Positions 51,352-58,064 of a stretch of 58,064 nt of DNA are shown piece by piece (the stretch's first letter is position 1; each line of letters opens with the position of its first letter). The stretch is from Sphingopyxis sp. (GTDB lineage Bacteria > Pseudomonadota > Alphaproteobacteria > Sphingomonadales > Sphingomonadaceae), in assembly GCA_015657575.1 (NCBI GenBank), contig JACDQN010000310.1:1-58064 (forward strand). The letters run 5' to 3'. The position numbers were made by a program, and so were the translations under genes. The notes beneath the pieces are model-generated. The model saw only the letters and a program-made list of their open reading frames with translations. It did no database searches and was not told the origin of the DNA.

Positions 51352-52067
51352 CGCGCAGCAGAAAGCGCTGGATCATTGTCGCGGTGCTGCTCGCACTGGT
51401 GCTGATCGCCCTGACCTTCCCGATGCGGCTTGCGCTTTCCTGGTCGGGTGCCGACGCCGCCGGGGTGACGGCGCGCACGATCCGCGGATCGGTGTGGTCG
51501 GGCGAACTGGTCGATGCGCGGCTGGGCGCGTTGCCGCTCGGTACGGTGAAAGCCAGCCTGTCGCCGCTGGCGTTGCTGACAGGGCGCACCGAACTCGCCT
51601 TTTCGCGCAGCGACGACCGTTTGGGCGCTCTCTCCGGGCGACTGCACGGCGGCAGCGCGCGCGGCGTGTCCGACGTGAACGGTGTTGCGACATTGTCGGG
51701 CGGGCTCGGGCTGATCCCGATCGACACGATCCGTTTCGAGGGGGCGACGGTGCGTTTCGACGGCGAGGGCCGATGCACCGCGGCGGCAGGCCGGGTGCAA
51801 CTCGCAGTGGCCGCGCCGATCGCCGGGCTCGACTTGTCGCGCGGGCTGTCGGGGCCGCTGGCGTGCGCGAACGGCCGCGCGCAGGCGGCGCTTGCCAGCC
51901 AGTCGGGGATGGAGCGGCTGACGCTGTCGTTCGACGGCAGCGGCGCCTGGCGCGCGCAATTTGCGATCAACGTCGACCGCGACCCTGCGATGGCCGCCGC
52001 GCTCTCGGCGCTGGGCTTCAAAGCCGGATCGGACGGTTTCCTGCTGGCGACCACGGGCCGCTTCTGA
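51348..52067 (+). CDS. gspN: Type II secretion protein GspN
   Basis: N-terminal TM, GSVWSG motif, LSPLALLTG. Confidence 0.87.
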   Translation: MTRSRKRWIIVAVLLALVLIALTFPMRLALSWSGADAAGVTARTIRGSVWSGELVDARLGALPLGTVKASLSPLALLTGRTELAFSRSDDRLGALSGRLHGGSARGVSDVNGVATLSGGLGLIPIDTIRFEGATVRFDGEGRCTAAAGRVQLAVAAPIAGLDLSRGLSGPLACANGRAQAALASQSGMERLTLSFDGSGAWRAQFAINVDRDPAMAAALSALGFKAGSDGFLLATTGRF

Positions 52068-52068
52068 C

Positions 52069-52837
52069 GTGAAGGTCCTGGACGCCTTGCCCTTTGGCAC
52101 GGGCGTCGCGCTGGCTGCATTGCTCGGGCTGATTTTCGGCAGCTTCATCGCGACGCTGGTGCTGCGCTGGCCCGCGGGGCGATCGGTGCTGGGCCGGTCG
52201 CGGTGCGAGGGCTGTAACCGAGTGCTCGCGCCGTGGGACATGGTGCCTTTGCTGTCGGCGCTGGTCGCACGCGGGCGGTGCCGTACATGCGGCGCAGCGA
52301 TCGACCTCTTTCACAGCCGCGTCGAACTGGCGTCGGGCGCTGTCGGAGCGTTTGCGCTGGCGCTGATGCCCGGAACGACGGGATGGTTCTGGGCGCTGTT
52401 CGGCTGGCTGCTGCTGCCGCTGATCCTGCTCGACGCGCGCCATTTCTGGCTGCCGACCGGCTCAATCTTCTGCTCGGCGCGACGGCTTGGCGGTCGCGGG
52501 GCCGCTGCTCGGTACGTCGCCGATCGATCGCTGGGTCGGCGCATTGGTGGGTGGCGGCCTGCTCGCGCTGATCGCCTGGGCCTATCGCCGCAGCCGCGGC
52601 GCCGAAGGCATGGGTGGCGGCGATCCCAAACTGGTTGCCGCCGTCGGCGCCTGGCTTGGCTGGCCGGCGTTGCCGCTGATGCTGCTGCTCGCGAGCCTTG
52701 GCGGAATCGCGTGGGCGCTCGTCACCCAAGGAAAAGGGGACCGGCCGCTGTCCGAGCGACGGGTCCCCTTCGGTGTCTTCATCGGCACCGCAGCTTTCGC
52801 TGCTGTGCCCTTGTGGCCGCTGATCAGCGGCCGATAA
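52069..52837 (+). CDS. gspO: Prepilin peptidase, A24 family (frameshift near 52460)
   Basis: GSFIATLVLRWP, RSRCEGC, GRCRTC, LLDARHFWLP, GMGGGDPKL, VPFG. Confidence 0.9.
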
Positions 52838-53339
52838 CGACCGTCACCGCGCGGCGGTTCTGCGCCCAGGCTTCTTCGTTCGAGCCAAGCGCTGCCGGGC
52901 GTTCCTTGCCATAACTGATCACGCTGATCCGCGACGGATCGACGCCGAGCGAAGCGAGGTAGTTTTTCGCGGCATTGGCGCGGCGTTCGCCGAGCGCGAT
53001 ATTATAGTCGCGGGTGCCGCGTTCGTCGGCGTGACCCTCCAGCGTGACGCGCACCGCGGGGTTGCGGGCGAGCCACTGCGACTGGGTCTGCAGCGTCGCC
53101 TGATCCTGTGCATCGACATTATACTGGTCGAGGTCGAAGAAGATGCGGTCGCCCATCGCGCCAACACTGGCAAGGAAGTCTTCCTGCGATCCGGGGACGA
53201 CGCCGGTACCGGTGTTGCCCGTATCGGTGCCCGTGCCTTCGGGGGCGGGCGGGAGTTGCTCCGGCGCTTTCTTTGCGCACGCACCAACAGCAAGCATGGT
53301 GATCGCCGCGATCATCGCGGTGGTTTTGCGTATCGTCAT
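52824..53339 (-). CDS. pal: Peptidoglycan-associated lipoprotein Pal
   Basis: Lipobox VGAC, EGHADERGTRDYNIALGERRA, SYGKERP, QNRRAV. Confidence 0.97.
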   Translation of the reverse strand: MTIRKTTAMIAAITMLAVGACAKKAPEQLPPAPEGTGTDTGNTGTGVVPGSQEDFLASVGAMGDRIFFDLDQYNVDAQDQATLQTQSQWLARNPAVRVTLEGHADERGTRDYNIALGERRANAAKNYLASLGVDPSRISVISYGKERPAALGSNEEAWAQNRRAVTVVIGR

Positions 53340-53441
53340 GTTTCTGTCCTTTTCTGTTGCACTCTAATCATGCGAGCGCGGGATGAACCGATCCTTAAAT
53401 ACGGCGATTCAACCCCGCTTATTTCCTTTGGTTCCGCCGGT

Positions 53442-54805
53442 TCAGGGCAGCACCGGGCCCCAGCTCGGGTCCGATCCGTCCTGCGGCGTCGGCAGGCGGC
53501 GCAAGTTCACGCCGGTCAGATCGACCTGCCACAGGCTCGACTTGCCTTCGCGGCCCGGCGAGGTGCGGAAGAACTGGATGACGCGGCCGTTCGGCGACCA
53601 GGTCGGCGCTTCGTCCTGCCAGCTGTTGGTGAGCAGACGTGTGCCGCCGCCCGATGGCGTCATGACACCGACGCGGAACTCGCCGCCGCCCATGCGGGTG
53701 AAGGCGATCAGGTCGCGCGCGGCGACCATCGGTGTAGCGTAGCGCCCACCGCCAAAGCTGATCCGCTGCTGGTTCGATCCGTCGATGTTCATCGTATAGA
53801 TTTGCTGGCTGCCCGACCGGTCGCTTTCGAACACGATCTTCTTGCCGTCGGGCGAGAAGCTGCCGCCCACATCGATGCCCGGCGTGCTGGTAAGGCGCAC
53901 CGGCGTGCCGCCCTCGGCCGAGATGCGATAGATGTCGGTGTTGCCGCCGACCGCCATCGAATAGAGGATCTCGCCGCCGTCGGCGACCAGCGCGGCGCGA
54001 AGGTCGCGTTGCTGCTTTCGGTCACCAGCTTCTGCGATCCGCTCGCGACGTCGTAGATGAAGACGCGGACGCGGTTGTTGAGATAGGAGACGTAGACGAT
54101 CTTCTTGTAATCGGGCGAGAAGCGCGGCGAGATCGCGAGCGCCTGACCGTTGGTGATGAAGCGGTGGTTGCCGCCGTCCGAATCCATGATCGCGAGCCGC
54201 TTGATGCGGTTCCCCTTGGGTCCGCTCTCGGCGATATAGGCGACGCGGCTATCGAAAAAGGGCGCTTCGCCCGACAGGCGCGAATAAATGACGTCGGCGC
54301 ATTTGTGCGCGGCACGGCGCCAGTCGCCGGGCTGGATCACGAAACCCTGTCGCACCAGCTCGCTGCCGAGCGCGGTGTCGTAGAGATAGCAGCCGACGGT
54401 GAGATTGCCGGTGCCATCGGCACGCACGAAGCCGTGGACGACATTTTCGGCGTTGCGCGCGCTCCAGTCGGCGAATTGCGGTGCTGTGACTTCCGCCATG
54501 GTGATTGCGCGGACGCTGCCGGGGCCGAGCGGCGCGTAGAGCCCGCTGCGTTCGAGGTCGGCGGCGATGACTTCGGCGATCTGGCGGCCGAGCGTGTCGG
54601 TGCGCAGCCCTGCGACCGACTGCACCGCGGGGGTCGCGAGCGCGGGCACCGCGATGACGGTGCGGTCCTGCGACAGCGTGCCCTCGATCGTCTCGCGCGG
54701 TTCGGTCGGCGTGACCGCGGGCGGCGTGGGGGCGGGGGCGGTTTGTGCCAATACCGGCGCGGCGGTCAGCAGCAGGGCGAGCGAAAAGGTGATCGGGCGC
54801 AGCAT
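53442..54805 (-). CDS. tolB: Tol-Pal beta-propeller protein TolB (frameshifts near 53975 and 53720)
   Basis: DLERSGL, WRRAAHKCAD, FDSRVAY, LAIMDSDG, repeated P-x-(F/W)SPDG blades, DPSWGP end. Confidence 0.93.
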
Positions 54806-54810
54806 GGAAC

Positions 54811-55635
54811 CTACCTCTTGATAAAGTCGAGCGTATAATTCTGCCAAAAGCTGTAATTTTCTTCAGGCAGATCGAAGGGTGCGGCCAGTTCGACCGCGCG
54901 TTTGGCGCACTCTTGGTGGCGCTGGACCTGGAATTTGTTGCTGTCGTTGTCGCCCGTGGTGGTGACACTGGTGAAACCGGCGAGCGCGCCCGATGTGGTA
55001 AGGCGGAATTTCACGACGGTCTTCAACTGATCGACATCGACGCCGGTGACCCGACAACTATCCCAGCGCGGGCGGATCGCCGCCTTGATGCTGACGTCGA
55101 TCGAACGCCGCACTTCGGCGGCGGTCGTCGCGGCGGGTGCTCCCTTGTTGGGTGGCGCCTTCGTCTGTTCGCGGCCGAGGCCGTCGGTGATGCCGTCGAG
55201 TCGCCCCGTCGGGCGCGTCTGCGTCTTTTTCGTCGGCGGTGTTTTGGGTGCGGCTTTGGGCGCCGCCTTCGTCACTGCGGGTGGCTGCTTCTTCGGCGGC
55301 GTTGGCACCGGTCGCGACACCTGCTTGGGCGTCGGCGCGGGAGTGGGGCGAACGATCGGTTCGGGTTCGGGCGGCGCCGGCACCGGTTCGGGCGCGGCGA
55401 TATCGACCGCATCCTCTTCGCCGAGCCGCGCGGAGGGCGGGGCTTCGGTGATGATCGGCGCGCTCGATTGCACCGCGCTTTCGGCAACCAGATCGACCTC
55501 CATCGGCGGATTGTCGAAACGGCGGTCGCCTGCGGTCCATTGCACCGACAGCAGGCCGACGATCAGGACATGCGCCGCCACCGCGATGGCGAAACCGCGT
55601 CCTTCATTCCCCCTCACTGCCCGACTTTCGGCCAT
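54811..55635 (-). CDS. tolA: TolA-like cell-envelope protein
   Basis: N-terminal TM with His (AAHVLIV), Pro/Lys-rich linker, C-terminal domain with two Cys and RAVELAAPF; lies between tolR and tolB. Confidence 0.8.
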   Translation of the reverse strand: MAESRAVRGNEGRGFAIAVAAHVLIVGLLSVQWTAGDRRFDNPPMEVDLVAESAVQSSAPIITEAPPSARLGEEDAVDIAAPEPVPAPPEPEPIVRPTPAPTPKQVSRPVPTPPKKQPPAVTKAAPKAAPKTPPTKKTQTRPTGRLDGITDGLGREQTKAPPNKGAPAATTAAEVRRSIDVSIKAAIRPRWDSCRVTGVDVDQLKTVVKFRLTTSGALAGFTSVTTTGDNDSNKFQVQRHQECAKRAVELAAPFDLPEENYSFWQNYTLDFIKR

Positions 55636-55644
55636 TTCGCGACC

Positions 55645-56152
55645 CTATTGCCCGGTTTCTGAACCGTCGGTGACCGCCGCTTCGGCCGTCGGCGCGTCGT
55701 TCGCGCCCGTCGTGACGAGCGCGATGCGCGTCAGCCCGGCGCGGTTGAGTTCGCCCATGATGCGCATCACGCGCCCGTAATCGAGACCCTTGTCGGCGCG
55801 CAGCATGATCTGGCGCGGCCGGTCCTGCCCCTCATTCTCGCGCGCGATCGCGTCGAGCCGGGCGGGAAGTTCGGCCTCGGGCACCACCTCTTCACCGATG
55901 TAGAGCGTGTCGTCGGCGTTGATCGATAGCTGCACCGGTTCCTGCTCCTCGGTCTCGACCGGCTTGGCGCGGCTTTCGGGCAGGTCGATCGGAACGGCGG
56001 AGGCGAGCAGGGGTGCGGTGATCGATAAAGATGATCAGCAGCACGAGCATCACGTCGACGAGCGGGGTGACGTTGATGTCGGCGATCGGCGCGCGGCGTC
56101 CGCCGCGGCCGCGCCGGCCGCCGGTCCCGCCCGAGGGTCCGGACATCGCCAT
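55645..56152 (-). CDS. tolR: TolR/ExbD (frameshift near 56022)
   Basis: [18 protein letters not shown]; [19 protein letters not shown]. Confidence 0.92.
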
Positions 56153-56850
56153 CAGGCTTCGACCTCGAGTTCGCGGCTGAAGGTTGCGTGCAGCCCGTCG
56201 GCGAAGCGGCCGAGGCGCGATTCGAGACGGTTCAGGCGCTGCGAGAAGGCGTTGTAGGCAATGACCGCAGGAATCGCGGCGAACAGGCCGATCGCGGTCG
56301 CGAACAGCGCTTCGGCGATGCCGGGGGCGACGACCGCAAGGCTGCTGTTATTCTCGGCCGCGATGGCGGTGAAGCTGCGCATGATGCCCCACACGGTACC
56401 GAACAGGCCGACGAAGGGGGCGACCGAGCCGATGGTGGCGAGCGTGCCGATCTTTTCGGCGAGCCGGTCGACTTCGCCCGCGACCGCGCTGTTCATCGCG
56501 ATGCCGAGCCGCTCACGCGTGCCCTCGCGATCGACGATCTTGCCCTTGGTCGAGCGGCGCCACTCGCCGATCCCTGCCGCCAGCACCCTGGCGCTCGGCA
56601 GATCCTCGCCGCTGTTCTTGTCGTAGAAGCGGTCGATATCTTCGGCGCGCCAGAAATCGCGCTCGAACTGGTCCGACGCGCTCATCAGCTTGCCGACGCC
56701 GCGGCCGTGGGTAAAGATCACCGCCCAGACATAGATCGACGCGAGCAACAGGCCGATCATCACGCCCTTCACGATCCAGTCGGCCTGCAGGAACAGCGCG
56801 ATGGGGGACAAGGTCGCCGCGTCGGCGGCCAGCGAGATATTGTCTAGCAA
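56152..56850 (-). CDS. tolQ: TolQ
   Basis: [45 protein letters not shown]; TTG start inferred. Confidence 0.95.
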   Translation of the reverse strand: MLDNISLAADAATLSPIALFLQADWIVKGVMIGLLLASIYVWAVIFTHGRGVGKLMSASDQFERDFWRAEDIDRFYDKNSGEDLPSARVLAAGIGEWRRSTKGKIVDREGTRERLGIAMNSAVAGEVDRLAEKIGTLATIGSVAPFVGLFGTVWGIMRSFTAIAAENNSSLAVVAPGIAEALFATAIGLFAAIPAVIAYNAFSQRLNRLESRLGRFADGLHATFSRELEVEA

Positions 56851-57308
56851 GGGAAAGTCTCTCCATTCATGATGGCGGTGAAGCGTTCGAACCAGCCCGC
56901 AGGCTGGCGGCGCGGCCGGCCCTCGGGCGACAGGAAGGCGGCGGTAACACGCCCGTTCGTTAACTCGTGCTGACTGCGAAGGATGCGTTGCGCGATAATG
57001 ACGCTGGCACCGCGCACCGCCTCGACCGTGCTGACAACGATCAAATCGTCGTCGAGTTTGGCGGGGCTGCGATATTTGATCGCCAGATCGGTGACCGCCC
57101 ACGCGCCTTCGCCGGCTTCCATCGCGGCGCGCTGGTCGATCCCCGCAAGACGCAGCATGTCCGATCGCGCGCGTTCCATGTAGCGCAGGTAATTGGCGTG
57201 ATAGACGATGCCCGACAGGTCGGTATCCTCGAAATAGACGCGCGCCCGGTAATGATGCTCGGCCCCGACGAAGGCGCCGGGGATGAAGGGGGGCGGGGCG
57301 TTTACCAT
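56844..57308 (-). CDS. ybgC: Tol-pal-associated acyl-CoA thioesterase
   Basis: RVYFEDTDLSGIVYHANYLRYMERAR hot-dog fold motif; upstream of tolQ. Confidence 0.95.
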   Translation of the reverse strand: MVNAPPPFIPGAFVGAEHHYRARVYFEDTDLSGIVYHANYLRYMERARSDMLRLAGIDQRAAMEAGEGAWAVTDLAIKYRSPAKLDDDLIVVSTVEAVRGASVIIAQRILRSQHELTNGRVTAAFLSPEGRPRRQPAGWFERFTAIMNGETFPC

Positions 57309-57429
57309 TGTCCCGACCGATAGCGTCGCAACGACTCGTCGCAAACCCCTGTTAAACGGTTCGTCGCAGATAGGGGCCGATTTGTGGTAGAAAAGCGCGG
57401 AAGTTGGCGAAAGTGCCGCGGAGCGTGTA

Positions 57430-58064
57430 TCAGGCTTCGGGGTCGAAGAGGTCGTCCTGCATGCCCGATGGCGGCATTAAACCCAAATGTTTCCAAGCAC
57501 TTGCATTCAAAGTCCGACCGCGGGCGGTGCGCGCGATCAGCCCGATCTGGAGCAGATAGGGTTCGATGACGTCCTCGATCGTGTCGCGCGGCTCCGAAAG
57601 TCCCGCCGCGAGCGTTTCCACCCCGACCGGGCCGCCGCGATAAATGTCAGCGATCATAACAAGATAGCGCCGGTCCATCGCGTCGAGCCCGAGCGCGTCG
57701 ACTTCGAGCCGGTTGAGCGCGGCGTCGGCCGCCTTTGCATCGACGATGGCGTGACCCGCGACGGTCGCAAAATCGCGGACGCGGCGGAGCAGCCGTCCGG
57801 CGATGCGCGGCGTCCCGCGCGAGCGCTTTGCGATTTCGAGGGCGCCGTCGGATGCGATAGGAAGCGCCAGCAGCCGCGCGGCCCGCGCGATCACCTGCTC
57901 GAGCTCGCCATGCGTATAGAAGTTGAGCCGCACCGGAATACCGAAACGGTCGCGCAGCGGCGTCGTCAGCAGGCCCTGCCGCGTCGTTGCGCCGACGAGG
58001 GTGAACTTCGGCAGGTCGATCCGCACCGAGCGCGCCGACGGCCCTTCGCCGATCATGATGTCGA
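57430..58064 (-). CDS. ruvB: Holliday junction helicase RuvB (5' part outside the window)
   Basis: [48 protein letters not shown]. Confidence 0.98.
   Translation of the reverse strand, partial: DIMIGEGPSARSVRIDLPKFTLVGATTRQGLLTTPLRDRFGIPVRLNFYTHGELEQVIARAARLLALPIASDGALEIAKRSRGTPRIAGRLLRRVRDFATVAGHAIVDAKAADAALNRLEVDALGLDAMDRRYLVMIADIYRGGPVGVETLAAGLSEPRDTIEDVIEPYLLQIGLIARTARGRTLNASAWKHLGLMPPSGMQDDLFDPEA

Noticed and set aside
52824-52837. Convergent 14-bp overlap of gspO and pal
   Set aside because: Short tail-to-tail overlaps are common and carry no specific signal.
53442-56152. tolB and tolR as pseudogenes
   Set aside because: Core envelope genes with all motifs intact across frames; sequencing indels are far more likely.

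Overview
High-GC alphaproteobacterial DNA; gene content and order resemble Sphingomonadaceae (Sphingopyxis-like, by inference). Left arm (1-11.5 kb): partial tRNA-Gln, an ogt-like gene, a Kef-type K+ antiporter, an SDR plus enoyl-CoA hydratase pair behind a LiuR-type palindrome, a TetR/two-sulfatase/FGE cluster with two matching operator-like sites, and a HerA/DUF87-like ATPase. Middle (about 11.6-35.9 kb, ending at the 3' end of tRNA-Leu(GAG)): an accessory catabolic block, the best candidate here for an undescribed system. It holds two paralogous TonB-dependent receptors, two AtuA-family + DUF4387-like pairs, two Crp/Fnr regulators, GPH-type MFS and CitMHS transporters, a class II aldolase, a secreted MBL-fold hydrolase, an AbrB membrane protein, an Fcs-like CoA ligase and a ttuC/ttuD-like tartrate module. 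It also encodes an HTH-citrate synthase fusion lacking the catalytic triad, with a conserved ~30-bp candidate operator at two promoters. Right arm (36.2-58 kb): an elpS-like lipoprotein, a TBDR and gspC-O (type II secretion) with two Pho-box-like arrays, then the convergent ruvB-ybgC-tolQRAB-pal operon. About 17 genes, including core tolB and tolR, show apparent short-indel frameshifts, most likely sequencing errors. All family calls come from motif recognition by eye, not database searches.
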